A stretch of DNA of 64,000 nucleotides from Candidatus Multivoradales bacterium (GCA_965248055.1 CBDFIJ010000004.1:928001-992000); one strand, 5' to 3'. Numbered from the stretch's first letter, positions 29,149-40,231 are shown. Made by a program: numbers and translations. Notes: generated by a model from the sequence alone, not told the origin.

Positions 29149-30277
29149 GCTAAGAGTTGGCATCTTGATCCTGCTGGCTATCGGAATCCTGGCGGCGGGA
29201 GTGTTTCTGATTGGTGATCGCGACCACGTGTTCTCCACCAAAGACCGCTACACCGTTCTGTTTGAGCGCGTTGGCGGCCTCGCTCCCGGAGCCAACGTAC
29301 AGCTTTCGGGCGTTGGCGTCGGCCAAGTGGAGCAGATCGACTTACCGCCCAACGCCCAGTCGTCGACCTTGACGGTAACCATCTCGATTGATCGACGCTA
29401 CCGGGACCGGGTGCGGCAGGACTCGATCGCTCGGATCAAGACTGTCGGCCTGCTGGGCGATAAGTTCATAGATATCACCTCGGGCACGCCGACCACGGAA
29501 GTTATTGGCCCGGGAGGCATCATCCCGGCTGCCCCGCCGACTGACGTCGATCAACTGATTTCCTCTGGGGAAGACTTTGTCGACAACGTCCTGTCGATGT
29601 CGATCAGCATGCGCAGCATGATGGCGCGGATGGAGAGTGGCGAGGGTGTTCTCGGCCAGTTGACTTCGGACAGCGAAACCGCCGAAACCATGCATAAGAC
29701 GCTGCAGGCGATGGAGAGCGTGCTGGCCAAAATCGACCGTGGTGAAGGGACTCTGGGCAAGTTCCTTCGAGATGACACGATCTTTCTACGTCTGGAACAA
29801 ACCCTAGGCCGGATAGAGCACGCCCTCGGCACCGTCGAACAAGGCGAGGGAGCTTTGGGCTTACTCCTAACCGACCCAGCGACCCGCGAGCGACTAGAGC
29901 GGACTCTGACCAATTTCGACACCGCGTCCCAGTCGCTGGCACAATTGAGCACCACCCTGCAGGAGGGTGACGGCCTGATTCCGACCTTGCTCAACGACGC
30001 CGAGTACGGCAAACAAGTGGCGACCGATCTCAAGCAGATGACGGAAAATCTCAGATTGATCAGCGAGAGACTGGAATCCGGAGACGGAACTGTCGCGCAA
30101 CTGATCAACGACCCCGACACCTACCAAGCACTCAACGACGTTCTGATCGGCGTGGAGCAAAACAAGTTTCTCCGTTGGATGATCCGCAGCCGACAAAAAA
30201 GAGGCATCAAGAAGCGCTATCAAGCTGCGGTGGAATCGGGCGAGTTGCAGCCGATCAACGAAGAGGATTTGCCATGA
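29138..30277 (+). CDS. mlaD: MlaD/MCE family protein
   Basis: N-terminal TM, GLAPGANVQLSGV.VGQV, GLLGDKFIDI, repeated GEGTLG helices. Confidence 0.9.
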   Translation: MPRELRVGILILLAIGILAAGVFLIGDRDHVFSTKDRYTVLFERVGGLAPGANVQLSGVGVGQVEQIDLPPNAQSSTLTVTISIDRRYRDRVRQDSIARIKTVGLLGDKFIDITSGTPTTEVIGPGGIIPAAPPTDVDQLISSGEDFVDNVLSMSISMRSMMARMESGEGVLGQLTSDSETAETMHKTLQAMESVLAKIDRGEGTLGKFLRDDTIFLRLEQTLGRIEHALGTVEQGEGALGLLLTDPATRERLERTLTNFDTASQSLAQLSTTLQEGDGLIPTLLNDAEYGKQVATDLKQMTENLRLISERLESGDGTVAQLINDPDTYQALNDVLIGVEQNKFLRWMIRSRQKRGIKKRYQAAVESGELQPINEEDLP

Positions 30278-31230
30278 GTCGCGTTCTGCTCACCGGCGGT
30301 GCGGGATTTATTGGCTCGCACACCACCAAGGCCTTGCTCTCGCGAGGCGACCAAGTGGTGGTGCTCGATGACTTCAACGATTTCTACGACCCCCAGATCA
30401 AGCGTCGAAACGTCGCGCCCTTTCTCGATCATGCTGCCTATCAACTGGTCGAGGGCGATATTCGAGACCGAGATCTGGTGCGCGATCTCTATTGCCAGCA
30501 TTCTTTTGATGCAACGATTCATCTGGCGGCGCGGGCCGGAGTCCGGCCGAGCCTGAAAGAACCGGTCCTCTACGAAGAGGTGAATTGCATCGCCACTTTG
30601 CATCTACTCGAAGCGGCAAGAGATTTCGAAGTCCCCAACTTCGTTTTCGGGTCCTCGTCATCGGTGTATGGCATCAACGAGAAAGTGCCGTTTTCTGAAG
30701 AGGACGAAATCAATCAACCGATCAGCCCCTACGCCACCACCAAGCGCACTGGCGAGTTGCTGTGCTTCAACTACCACCACCTCTACGGACTACGGATTTC
30801 GTGCCTGCGGTTTTTCACCGTTTATGGCCCGTCGCAGCGACCCGAGATGGCGATTCACTTGTTCACCCGCAAGCTAGCAGCCGGCGAACCGATCTCCATG
30901 TTCGGCGATGGCCGCAGTCGACGGGACTACACTTATGTCGATGACATCGTCAAAGGCATCCTCGCCGCCCACGACTTGGCGCCTAGCTTTGAGATCTTCA
31001 ACCTAGGTGGTGCTGAAACCACCCAACTCACAGATCTGATTGCCTGGATCGCCGAAGATCTCGGGGTCGAAGCCCTGGTTGATCGGCAGCCCGACCAACC
31101 AGGGGATGTGCCGATTACCTACGCCGATGTCAGCAAAGCCCAGAACATGCTGGGATACAATCCACAGGTCCCGATTCGCGAGGGACTACGGCGTTTTGTG
31201 CGCTGGTTTCGCGAAGACGAAACCTCCTAA
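30274..31230 (+). CDS. NAD-dependent epimerase (UDP-glucuronate 4-epimerase-like)
   Basis: TGGAGFIG, HLAARAGVRPS, YATTK, LRFFTVYGP..RPEMA, QPGDV. Confidence 0.9.
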   Translation: MSRVLLTGGAGFIGSHTTKALLSRGDQVVVLDDFNDFYDPQIKRRNVAPFLDHAAYQLVEGDIRDRDLVRDLYCQHSFDATIHLAARAGVRPSLKEPVLYEEVNCIATLHLLEAARDFEVPNFVFGSSSSVYGINEKVPFSEEDEINQPISPYATTKRTGELLCFNYHHLYGLRISCLRFFTVYGPSQRPEMAIHLFTRKLAAGEPISMFGDGRSRRDYTYVDDIVKGILAAHDLAPSFEIFNLGGAETTQLTDLIAWIAEDLGVEALVDRQPDQPGDVPITYADVSKAQNMLGYNPQVPIREGLRRFVRWFREDETS

Positions 31231-31271
31231 ACAGAGGTTTCCTAAGCAACAACTCTGAGATCGTACTGCGT

Positions 31272-32606
31272 ATGAATATTTGTGTCGTTGGTAGTGGATA
31301 TGTGGGCTTAGTCACCGGTGCTTGCCTAGCTGATTTTGGCATGACGGTCACCGGGGTGGACAAAGATTTGGCCAAAGTCGAGTCTCTGCAGGCGGGCAAG
31401 ATTCCGATCTATGAACCGGGCTTGGGCACCATCGTCAAAAGTAACATGGAGGCTGGACGGCTTCGGTTCACCGAACAACTCGGCCCGGCAATTGAAGACG
31501 CCTTGGTGATATTCATTGCGGTGGGCACGCCATCCAAGGCCGATGGCTCGGCGGACTTGACCTTCGTGCGTCAAGTGGCGGAGTCCATTGGACAGCATTT
31601 GAACGGTTACAAAGTGATTGTCACCAAGTCGACGGTACCGATTGGCACCGGCCGCATGATCGAAGAAACGGTGCGGGCGGCGAGTGAAGGGGCGCACGAC
31701 TTCGCGGTGGTCAGCAACCCCGAATTTCTCCGCGAGGGATCAGCGATCGAAGACTTCATGCAACCCGATCGGGTGGTGATTGGCACCAGTGACCCGCGCG
31801 CCAGCGACCTGATGTTGCAGGTCTACTCCCCTTTGCGAGTAGCCGACGTTCCGTTCGTCTTGACCAACGTCGAGTCCGCAGAGCTGATCAAGTACGCCTC
31901 CAACGGCTTTCTCGCCGCTAAAATCTCCTTCATCAATGAGGTCGCGGAGCTTTGCGAGAGCTTGGGCGCAGACGTCGAGGTGGTGGCTCGCGGCATGGGC
32001 TTGGACCAACGCATTGGGCCAAAGTTCCTGCACCCGGGCCCAGGATATGGTGGCTCCTGCTTTCCCAAGGACTCCAGCGCCCTGGCGCAGATCGCTCGCG
32101 ACCAAGGCTTGACGTTTCAGATCATGGAATCGGTGATCGACGTCAATGAGCGCACCAAACAGCGCATGGTCGACAAGGTTAGCCAGACCGCGGGCGATCT
32201 CTCTGGCAAGACGGTGGCCCTGCTGGGTTTGTCGTTCAAACCGGAAACCGACGACATCCGAGAGTCACCAGCGCTGACCTTGATCGACGGGTTACAAGAG
32301 TTGGGGGCCGAGATTCGTGCTTTCGATCCTGTTTCGATGGCAGCGACCAAGCTCCTCAAGCCTGATCTGACCTACGTCGAAGATGCCTACCAAGCGGTGA
32401 CCGGCGCCGACGTCGCGGTGATCGTCACCGAGTGGAACCAGTTTCGCGCCTTGGACCTGGGCCGGGTGCGCGATCTGATGGCATCTCCGATCTTGGTCGA
32501 TCTACGCAATATTTACCAACCGAGCCAAATCCGAGAGGCCGGATTTGTCTATGAATCGATTGGCCGTCCAGATCCCAAGGGGTCGGACCCGGAGGAGAAA
32601 TCTTGA
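31272..32606 (+). CDS. ugd: UDP-glucose/GDP-mannose 6-dehydrogenase
   Basis: [36 protein letters not shown]. Confidence 0.93.
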   Translation: MNICVVGSGYVGLVTGACLADFGMTVTGVDKDLAKVESLQAGKIPIYEPGLGTIVKSNMEAGRLRFTEQLGPAIEDALVIFIAVGTPSKADGSADLTFVRQVAESIGQHLNGYKVIVTKSTVPIGTGRMIEETVRAASEGAHDFAVVSNPEFLREGSAIEDFMQPDRVVIGTSDPRASDLMLQVYSPLRVADVPFVLTNVESAELIKYASNGFLAAKISFINEVAELCESLGADVEVVARGMGLDQRIGPKFLHPGPGYGGSCFPKDSSALAQIARDQGLTFQIMESVIDVNERTKQRMVDKVSQTAGDLSGKTVALLGLSFKPETDDIRESPALTLIDGLQELGAEIRAFDPVSMAATKLLKPDLTYVEDAYQAVTGADVAVIVTEWNQFRALDLGRVRDLMASPILVDLRNIYQPSQIREAGFVYESIGRPDPKGSDPEEKS

Positions 32607-33538
32607 CTGTTTCTGTAGTTACCGGAGCCGCCGGTTTTCTTGGCTCACACCTCACCGATCGTCTCCTGGCCGCTGGCCACCAGGTGATCGGCATCGACAA
32701 TCTCATCACCGGCAACATGGCCAATTTGGCTCATCTGGAGGGCGACGATCGGTTCCGATTTATCGAGCATGACGTCAGCACCTTCATCAACGTCGAGGGC
32801 CCGGTCGACAACATCTTGCACTTCGCTTCACCAGCGAGTCCCATCGACTACTTGGAACTGCCGATTCAGACTCTAAAGGTGGGATCGCTGGGCACTCACA
32901 ACTCGCTGGGATTAGCGCGAGCCAAGGGCGCCCGATTCTTGCTCGCGTCGACCTCAGAAGTGTATGGCGACCCGCTCGTTCACCCGCAGCCGGAAAGCTA
33001 TTGGGGCAACGTCAACCCGGTAGGACCTCGCGGCGTCTACGACGAGGCCAAACGTTTCGGTGAAGCGATCACCATGGCTTACCATCGAGTGCACGGCGTG
33101 GAAGCACGAATCGTACGTATTTTCAACACCTACGGACCGCGCATGCGGCCCAATGACGGACGCGTGGTCCCCGCATTCGTGGATCAAGCACTCGACGGAC
33201 AGCCGATCACGGTGTTCGGCGACGGCAGCCAAACTCGATCCTTCTGCTATGTCGCCGATTTGATTGAAGGCATCTTGCGACTGCTGCAGAGCGAGATCGC
33301 CAGCCCGGTCAACATTGGCAACCCCAGAGAAATGACGATTCTCGAGTTTGCCAATTCCATCGTCGACGCCATTGGTAGCGACAGTAGGATTGTTTTCAAG
33401 CCACTACCGATCGACGATCCGAAGGTCCGGCGTCCGGACATTTCCAAAGCACGGCGGAGGCTTGATTGGCAGCCCCAGGTCGACTTCGAGGACGGCATCG
33501 CCACCACCATTGACTACTTCCGTTCTCTACGAGCCTGA
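32603..33538 (+). CDS. UDP-glucuronic acid decarboxylase (UDP-xylose synthase) family
   Basis: [48 protein letters not shown]. Confidence 0.92.
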   Translation: MTVSVVTGAAGFLGSHLTDRLLAAGHQVIGIDNLITGNMANLAHLEGDDRFRFIEHDVSTFINVEGPVDNILHFASPASPIDYLELPIQTLKVGSLGTHNSLGLARAKGARFLLASTSEVYGDPLVHPQPESYWGNVNPVGPRGVYDEAKRFGEAITMAYHRVHGVEARIVRIFNTYGPRMRPNDGRVVPAFVDQALDGQPITVFGDGSQTRSFCYVADLIEGILRLLQSEIASPVNIGNPREMTILEFANSIVDAIGSDSRIVFKPLPIDDPKVRRPDISKARRRLDWQPQVDFEDGIATTIDYFRSLRA

Positions 33539-33554
33539 GAGTGACCGAGCAACC

Positions 33555-33809
33555 ATGAGCACCTTTCATTGCCACCGCTGCGGCAGGCAGTCACCGCCGG
33601 CCAGCAACATCCTGCAACGGCCTGAACTCGCTTCTGAGATCGAAGCCAAAGTTTGCGCCGGTTGCTGGCACGAATGGGTCGGAGCTGAGGTCATGGTGAT
33701 CAACGAACTGCAGCTCAACTTCATGGATCCCAAAGCGCCCGAAATCTTGGAGAAAAATCTCCGCGAGTTCCTGCGCCTGGACGAACAACCACCCGAAGTT
33801 CCGAGTTGA
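33555..33809 (+). CDS. Fe(II)-trafficking/oxidative damage protection protein (YggX-like)
   Basis: VCAGCWHEW..EVMVINELQLNFMDP..LE..LREFL. Confidence 0.85.
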   Translation: MSTFHCHRCGRQSPPASNILQRPELASEIEAKVCAGCWHEWVGAEVMVINELQLNFMDPKAPEILEKNLREFLRLDEQPPEVPS

Positions 33810-33878
33810 GCATTCAACAAGCTTAGAGAAGCCCTCGCGCCTTCAATTTCACCGACCAGCGATGCTAGCCTGCGAGCG

Positions 33879-36722
33879 ATGACTGACCGCGACCGATCGA
33901 ACAAAACCCCGTCAGAAAGATCGTCGAAGCGATGGTTGTTTTGCGGTTGCCTGCTGTTGGTCGCCAATACCGTCTACTTGTCCCTGGACGCCAACCCGCA
34001 CCCGTTCTATTTTCTCAATTTAGTCGCCCACGTCGGGCTGGGTCTATTGCTGGTGGTACCGGCGGCGCTGTGGTGGCTGCGGCACCGCAATCGATGGACC
34101 GATTTGGCCACGGCAAGCCTGACCATTGCGCTGGTTTTGGGGCTGGCACTGGCGCAACTGGGAAACACCCAACCGCATCGGACCTTACTGATCGCCCACA
34201 TCGTTTTGGCCGCCCTGGGATTAGTTTTTCTAGCCTTGGGCTTGCACCAATTGACCCCCCCGAGCAATCCGAGGACCCTGCGCTGGGCACAAATCAGCGC
34301 TCTGGTAGTGATCCTGGCGGCGATCCTTGCGCCCTGGATTAAGAGCGCATTCCCCGGTGGCGCCACCCAGATCGTCAACCCAAGCGAAGTTCCGTTGGCC
34401 ATGGACCAAGAAGCCATGGGGGGTGCGGACGGGCCGTTCTTTCCTTCCTCGGTTCATACCAGCAACCGAGATACGGTCCCCAGCTCGGTCTACATGGGGT
34501 CCGAGTCCTGCTCGCGGTCGGGCTGTCATCCAGATGTGTTTGAACAGTGGCAGTCTTCGGCCCACCATTTCTCCAGCTTCAACAACCAGTGGTACCGCAA
34601 GTCGATCGAGTACCTGCAAGAAACTGCGGGCATTACTCCGACCAAGTGGTGCGGCGGCTGCCACGATCCGGCGCTGCTGCAGACCGGCTTGATGGACCGG
34701 CCGATTCACGAGGTGGTCGATACGCCCGAAGCGCAAGCGGGCCTCGGCTGCACCGCGTGCCACATGATTTCCAAAGTTCGCAGCACCAGCGGTCAGGGCG
34801 ACTACGAAATCACTATTCCGCCGTTGCATGACCTGGCAACCAGCGAGCAACCGGTGCTGCGTTGGATGCACGATTTCATCTTGAAATTGGATCCAGAGCC
34901 GCACCGTCGCACCTTTCTCAAACCGATCCTGCACAACGAATTTTCGGCGGAATTCTGTTCTTCCTGTCACAAGGTGCATCTCGACGTTCCGGTCAACAAC
35001 TACCGTTGGATTCGTGGATTCAACGAGTACGACAATTGGCAGGCGAGTGGCGTCTCAGGACAGGGTGCGCGTTCGTTCTACTACCCTCCTGAGCCCAAGA
35101 TGTGTCGTGACTGCCACATGCCGTTGGTCTCCTCAACAGACGCCGGCAACGACGATGGCAAAGTGCGCTCTCACCGCTTCCCCGGCGCCAATACCGCGCT
35201 CCCGGTGGCCAATCAGGACCTCGAGCAGCTACAAACAGTTGAGAAATTCCTGAGCAGCAATCAAGTCACCATCGACATTTTTGCCATGACCGAAGGGTCA
35301 CCGATCGTCGATCGCAATCCGAACGCCAAAGCGGCCCGAGAGGGCGGCGAGACCTCGAGCACTTTCGCAGTTGGTGAGGAACAAGCTTTCGCGGTGACCG
35401 CCGCGTCGACTGTTGGGCCGGTTGAAGCGATCCGTGCTCCCCTCGATCGGGTGCGGCCAACGTTGGTGCGAGGGGAATCGGTGCGCGTCGATGTGGTGGT
35501 GCGCACCCGCGGCGTCGGTCACTTCTTCCCTGGCGGAACGGTCGACGCCTATGACTGTTGGCTGGAACTGTCGGCAGTGGATGACCAGGGCAAAGTGGTG
35601 TTTTGGAGCGGACAGGCCGACCTTGAATCACCGGTCGAGTCCGGAGCTCATTTCTACCGCTCGCTGATGATTGACGAGCATGGCAACCCGATCAACAAGC
35701 GGAATGCACCGATGGCGCGGGCGGTGGTCTACGTTCGCCTAATTCCCCCTGGAGCGGCTGACACCGTACGCTTTCGACTCGACGTACCGCCGGAAGTCAG
35801 CGACCAAGTGACCTTCACCGCACGCCTCAACTACCGCAAGTTCTCCTGGTTCAATACCCACTGGGCCTACGCCGGCGAGCCGGACCCAGAATCCGTTGGC
35901 GACTTCTCCGCTGACTACGACGATCGTACCTTTCGCTTCACCGGAGACACGGCTGATGTCTCCGGAGCCTTGAAAGAGATTCCCACTTTACCGATCGTGG
36001 TGATGGCCGAAGACACGCTGTCGCTGCCAGTCGCCGACAGCGAACCTCCGAGTAACCCTGTCGCCACAGCCGAGATCGATCGCGAGCGTTGGAACGACTA
36101 CGGCATTGGTCTACTGCGCCAAGGAGACTTGCGCGCGGCAGAAATGGCATTTCTAAAGGTCACGGAACTAGAACCGACCTACGTCGACGGTTGGGTCAAC
36201 TTGGGCCGGGTGGCACTCGCCGAAGGAAACCTACCCCGGGGCTTGGAAGTCCTAGAACAAGCTCTTGAGCTAGAGCCCACGCTCGCCCGTGCTCACTACT
36301 TCAGCGGCCTGGCGACCAAGTCGCTGGGAGAGTACCCGCGAGCCCTCGACCATTTACGCACGGCTGCAGAACAATATCCGCGGGATCGAGTGGTACGCAA
36401 CCAGATCGCACGAGTTCTTTTTCTTAGCCGCGACTACGCCGCAGTGATCCCCGAGGTGAACCAAGTTCTGGCCATCGCTCCAGAAGATCTGATGGCCCAC
36501 TACACGGCGATGCTCGCCCACCGCGGCCTCGGAAACCAACAACAGTCTGAATATCACCAAGCGCGCTACGAGCGGTTCAAGGCCGATGAGTCGAGCCAAA
36601 GTCTCACCGGCGCTTACCGGGAACAACACCCCGAGGACAATAATGAACGTCTCCCGATTCATGAACACGGTTCGGTCGATCTCACCGCAATCAGTACACC
36701 AGTCGATCCACTGCCCCGCTAG
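33879..36722 (+). CDS. Membrane-anchored multiheme c-type cytochrome with C-terminal TPR repeats
   Basis: About 5 N-terminal TMs; CGGCH, CTACH, CSSCH, CRDCH plus atypical CSRSGCH; C-terminal TPRs. Confidence 0.88.
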   Translation: MTDRDRSNKTPSERSSKRWLFCGCLLLVANTVYLSLDANPHPFYFLNLVAHVGLGLLLVVPAALWWLRHRNRWTDLATASLTIALVLGLALAQLGNTQPHRTLLIAHIVLAALGLVFLALGLHQLTPPSNPRTLRWAQISALVVILAAILAPWIKSAFPGGATQIVNPSEVPLAMDQEAMGGADGPFFPSSVHTSNRDTVPSSVYMGSESCSRSGCHPDVFEQWQSSAHHFSSFNNQWYRKSIEYLQETAGITPTKWCGGCHDPALLQTGLMDRPIHEVVDTPEAQAGLGCTACHMISKVRSTSGQGDYEITIPPLHDLATSEQPVLRWMHDFILKLDPEPHRRTFLKPILHNEFSAEFCSSCHKVHLDVPVNNYRWIRGFNEYDNWQASGVSGQGARSFYYPPEPKMCRDCHMPLVSSTDAGNDDGKVRSHRFPGANTALPVANQDLEQLQTVEKFLSSNQVTIDIFAMTEGSPIVDRNPNAKAAREGGETSSTFAVGEEQAFAVTAASTVGPVEAIRAPLDRVRPTLVRGESVRVDVVVRTRGVGHFFPGGTVDAYDCWLELSAVDDQGKVVFWSGQADLESPVESGAHFYRSLMIDEHGNPINKRNAPMARAVVYVRLIPPGAADTVRFRLDVPPEVSDQVTFTARLNYRKFSWFNTHWAYAGEPDPESVGDFSADYDDRTFRFTGDTADVSGALKEIPTLPIVVMAEDTLSLPVADSEPPSNPVATAEIDRERWNDYGIGLLRQGDLRAAEMAFLKVTELEPTYVDGWVNLGRVALAEGNLPRGLEVLEQALELEPTLARAHYFSGLATKSLGEYPRALDHLRTAAEQYPRDRVVRNQIARVLFLSRDYAAVIPEVNQVLAIAPEDLMAHYTAMLAHRGLGNQQQSEYHQARYERFKADESSQSLTGAYREQHPEDNNERLPIHEHGSVDLTAISTPVDPLPR

Positions 36723-38436
36723 GGTCTCCACCAAGCTGCGGTCGGCGTGGCTTCAAAGCTGCCGACAAGCCGCTTGGGGATTGCTGATCCTGGCGTCCGC
36801 CTGCGCCCCAGCATCGCAGGAATCTGCCGAGCCAGTGGTTGACTCGACAACGACCTCTTCAGATCTTCGCTTCACCCAGGTGGTCGCCGACACCGGCATC
36901 GAATTCGTCCACAACACCGGTGCGTTCGGAGAAAAGTGGCTACCGGAAACCATGGGATCCGGCGTCATCGTCTTCGACTACGACAATGATCAGCGACCCG
37001 ACCTACTGTTTCTCAACGGTACCCGCTTTCCCGGCCGGCCGGGCAACACGGCCACGCCTAAGCTCTACCGCAATCGAGGTCCGTGGTCATTTGCTGACGT
37101 CACCATCGCGGCCGCGCTCGACTTGGACCGCTATTGCCTCGGCGGCGCCGCGGGAGATCTCGACAATGATGGCGACCAAGATCTCTACCTGACCTGTCTG
37201 GGCAACGACCTGTTGCTTGAGAATCAGGATGGTGTTTTCGCTGAGATTGGCGCCGACCACGGAATATCCCAAGACTATGAGTTCGGTTCTTCGGTCGCCC
37301 TCTTGGACGCCGACAACGACGGCCTACTCGATATCGTCGCCGCCCGCTACGTCACCTGGACCCCGGAAACCGACCTCTTCTGCACCTTGGACGGCGAGTC
37401 CAAGTCTTACTGCACTCCCGAGTCCTACCCCGGGGCCTCTCCTCGCTTCTATCGCGGCCTCGGCGAGATGCGTTTTGAGGATCAATCGAGCGCCTCCGGA
37501 ATCGCTCACCCAGATGCCAAAGCTTTGGGCATCGCCACCGCCGATTTTGACCGAGATGGTGATCTGGACATTGCGGTCGCCAGTGACACCCAGCCCAATT
37601 TGCTCTATCTGAATCAAGGAGATGGAACCTTTAAGGAGGTAGGAGTCCCATCAGGGATGGCCTTTTCTGAAACCGGCATCGCCCGTGGGGGAATGGGTAT
37701 CGACGCGGTTGACTTCGACCGCACTGGCCATCCCAGCTTGCTGATCGGCAACTTCGCCAACGAGATGGTCGGCCTGTTTCACAATGAGGGAAACTTGCTA
37801 TTTGTCGATATCGCGCCGACCACCGACCTGGGGCGCAACACCCTGCTGTCGCTGACCTTTGGCGCCTTCTTCTTCGACTTTGATCTAGACGGATGGAGTG
37901 ACGCGTTTTTTGCCAACGGACACCTTGAACCAGAGATTGAGAATGTCCAACCCAACGTCAAGTATCGGCAACCCCTGCAACTGTTTCGAAATCGCAACGG
38001 CGAGTTACAGCAAGCGCAAGACGCGGTCGCCGGAGACCTCACCAAAGCCCGGGTGGCGCGCGGAACCGCTTACGCCGATTTCGATCAGGATGGCGATCTC
38101 GACATTGTGGTTACTACCAACGGTGGCGCCCCGGCATTGTTCGAAAACCAAGGCACTGATCACGGTCATTGGCTGCGCATCGACCTGCAGGGAACTACCA
38201 GTAACCGGGACGGGGTCGGAGCTCAGATCGAAGTGACCACCGCAAATGGGACAGTGCTGCGCAAGACACGGCGCGTCGGTTCGAGCTATTTGTCGCAACC
38301 GGAATCCACCCTCACGTTTGGCCTAGGAGCCGCGCAAAAGGTCCAAGCGATTCGGGTGACCTGGCCTTCAGGCATCGAGCAAGAACTGCGAGAGGCCGAG
38401 GTAGACCAACAGTTGCTGCTGAGCGAACCGAGTTAG
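36661..38436 (+). CDS. CRTAC1 family (FG-GAP repeats + ASPIC/UnbV) lipoprotein
   Basis: Many D.DNDGD.D repeats, PETMGSG, SNRDGVGA, SYLSQ..LTFGLG, WPSG; start uncertain. Confidence 0.9.
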   Translation: MNTVRSISPQSVHQSIHCPARVSTKLRSAWLQSCRQAAWGLLILASACAPASQESAEPVVDSTTTSSDLRFTQVVADTGIEFVHNTGAFGEKWLPETMGSGVIVFDYDNDQRPDLLFLNGTRFPGRPGNTATPKLYRNRGPWSFADVTIAAALDLDRYCLGGAAGDLDNDGDQDLYLTCLGNDLLLENQDGVFAEIGADHGISQDYEFGSSVALLDADNDGLLDIVAARYVTWTPETDLFCTLDGESKSYCTPESYPGASPRFYRGLGEMRFEDQSSASGIAHPDAKALGIATADFDRDGDLDIAVASDTQPNLLYLNQGDGTFKEVGVPSGMAFSETGIARGGMGIDAVDFDRTGHPSLLIGNFANEMVGLFHNEGNLLFVDIAPTTDLGRNTLLSLTFGAFFFDFDLDGWSDAFFANGHLEPEIENVQPNVKYRQPLQLFRNRNGELQQAQDAVAGDLTKARVARGTAYADFDQDGDLDIVVTTNGGAPALFENQGTDHGHWLRIDLQGTTSNRDGVGAQIEVTTANGTVLRKTRRVGSSYLSQPESTLTFGLGAAQKVQAIRVTWPSGIEQELREAEVDQQLLLSEPS

Positions 38437-38451
38437 AGCTCGGGCGGGAAA

Positions 38452-39051
38452 TCAACGACGCTGCGCTTTGATGCGGCTACGCCGCAAACTGCCGGAAACC
38501 AAACCGGTTGAGTCGCCTTGCCGGGTGAACAAGAACTGCTGCTTCGGTGGCCGACCATCCAGTCCCGGTTCCACACCGCGGCCATAGCTCCAAACCTCCA
38601 AAGTCGGCTCGTTGGGCTCCGCCGAGGTTTCGTACTCAATCGAAGTCGGATCTCCATAGAGGATATAGATAGCCCCGCGGTCGGTGCGCCGCCCCAACCG
38701 GGTCCCCTCGCTAAACCTTCGATCGGCTTCCTCCGATCGTTCTTCAAAAGTCTGGCGCACACCGCCAAATAGAACACTGGCGTTGGCGTCGCGGCTGCGC
38801 CAAAACTCCTCTTCAAAGTGCGCGGCGGCCTGGTCGTCTTCCAGGGCGAGATAGAGAACGATCTCCTCGGTCGTCGCCATCCAGGAGGTGGGGCCAACCA
38901 GCCATTGCGAGTACTTCAAACCCAGCCTGGGATTGATCCAGACATGACTGGAGGGCGGCGCCTTTTCGTCCCCACGATTGCGCTTTCCCCAGGCGACACC
39001 GTGCGGCGCCAGCAGCAGAACAGTCAGGACCATGGCGGTTCTTAGTTTCAC
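38452..39051 (-). CDS. GWxTD domain-containing protein
   Basis: FWRSRD..FEER..ADRRF..GRRTDRGAIYILYGDP..EVWSY. Confidence 0.85.
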   Translation of the reverse strand: MKLRTAMVLTVLLLAPHGVAWGKRNRGDEKAPPSSHVWINPRLGLKYSQWLVGPTSWMATTEEIVLYLALEDDQAAAHFEEEFWRSRDANASVLFGGVRQTFEERSEEADRRFSEGTRLGRRTDRGAIYILYGDPTSIEYETSAEPNEPTLEVWSYGRGVEPGLDGRPPKQQFLFTRQGDSTGLVSGSLRRSRIKAQRR

Positions 39052-39656
39052 CGTTTCTTTAACAAGTCCAAGAATTCTTCGCGCACCGGGCGGTGATGGA
39101 ATAACCCGCGCAGCGCGGAGGTCACAGTCACCGCGCCGGGCTTCTTGACCCCACGCATTTCAACACACAGATGGCGAGCTTCAATAACGATCATCGCGCC
39201 CTTGGGTTTAAGGTGGGTCATCAAATACTCCACCACCTGCTCGGTCAGGCGCTCCTGCAACTGAGGGCGCCGCGCGTAAAACTCCAGAATCCGGGCAAAC
39301 TTGGACAACCCGATGATCCGGTCACCCGGGATGTAGGCAATGTGGGCGTGTCCGTAAAAAGGAATCAAATGGTGCGAACACACTGAATAGAAGGGAATCT
39401 CCTTCTCCATCACCATGTGCTCGTAGCCCTCGTCGTTGGGGAAGGTCGTGACGCTCGGCTCCGCGTCGTGCTCCAGGCCCTGGAAGATCTCCAGGTACAT
39501 CTTGGCCACCCGGCGATCGGTATCGATCAAGTTCGGCTCGTTGAGATCGAGATCAAACTGACCCAAAATCTCGCGCACGCTTTTGGCAATCGCGCCGATT
39601 CTAGGGTCTTCTGACTTGGGGGCCTCTGACATCGCGTCTCCTTGATTGTTCGCCAT
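39048..39656 (-). CDS. folE: GTP cyclohydrolase I
   Basis: SVCSHHLIPF.G, GLSKFAR, RRPQLQERLT, HLCVEMRG. Confidence 0.95.
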   Translation of the reverse strand: MANNQGDAMSEAPKSEDPRIGAIAKSVREILGQFDLDLNEPNLIDTDRRVAKMYLEIFQGLEHDAEPSVTTFPNDEGYEHMVMEKEIPFYSVCSHHLIPFYGHAHIAYIPGDRIIGLSKFARILEFYARRPQLQERLTEQVVEYLMTHLKPKGAMIVIEARHLCVEMRGVKKPGAVTVTSALRGLFHHRPVREEFLDLLKKR

Positions 39657-39970
39657 CTTGATTCCTTCCAATGCAATGACTACGCCTATCGCGACAAGAT
39701 CTCCCGAAGGCTATACCAGCTAAATCGATCCACCTTCCCCTCGCCCTCAAGTTTATCCAACCACAAGGAATCGACCCCGGTGCAATCTCTGCTTCCCATT
39801 GATGTCGGCGGTTCGGGTCGAGCAAACAACTCATTGGTCGAAGAAAAAGCAAAGAACCATAGAAGCTACGGCTCGATAAAGTGCACGGATTCCAGAAGTA
39901 AGTTTTTCCTAGGCTGCTGGTAGTTCGCCCGTTTCACCTAATCGCGGTCGCCAGAGACTGCCAAAATCTG

Positions 39971-39999
39971 TTGACTCATGGTCTGGGGACGTCTAATCT
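39971..39999 (+). promoter_or_regulatory. Putative sigma70 promoter
   Basis: TTGACT-N17-TAATCT upstream of the small ORF at 40076. Confidence 0.5.
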
Positions 40000-40075
40000 A
40001 GTTTGGACAGTAGTCAGGATTCGGAGTGTAACCGTAAGGCACTGTGCCTTTCGGAAGATTCAAGGAGAAAAGCCT

Positions 40076-40231
40076 ATGGTTAGCAGAATCTGGAGATTGT
40101 TCGGTTTTTCAGAGACCAGGAGCGTCAATAGTTGTCACGGCGTTTGCCCTCACTGCTCAACAGTCCATCACTGCACGTTGAATAGCGGCCACTATGGCGA
40201 CCATAGATGTTCGCAAGGACATACTTGGTAG
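40076..40231 (+). CDS. 51-aa Cys/His-rich small protein
   Basis: AAGGAG RBS before ATG; CHGVCPHCSTVHHCTLNSGHYGDHRCSQGHTW. Confidence 0.55.
   Translation: MVSRIWRLFGFSETRSVNSCHGVCPHCSTVHHCTLNSGHYGDHRCSQGHTW

Noticed and set aside
39672-39970. Possible riboswitch or ncRNA upstream of folE
   Set aside because: I could not identify a recognisable consensus or convincing structure by eye; an Rfam/Infernal scan would be needed.
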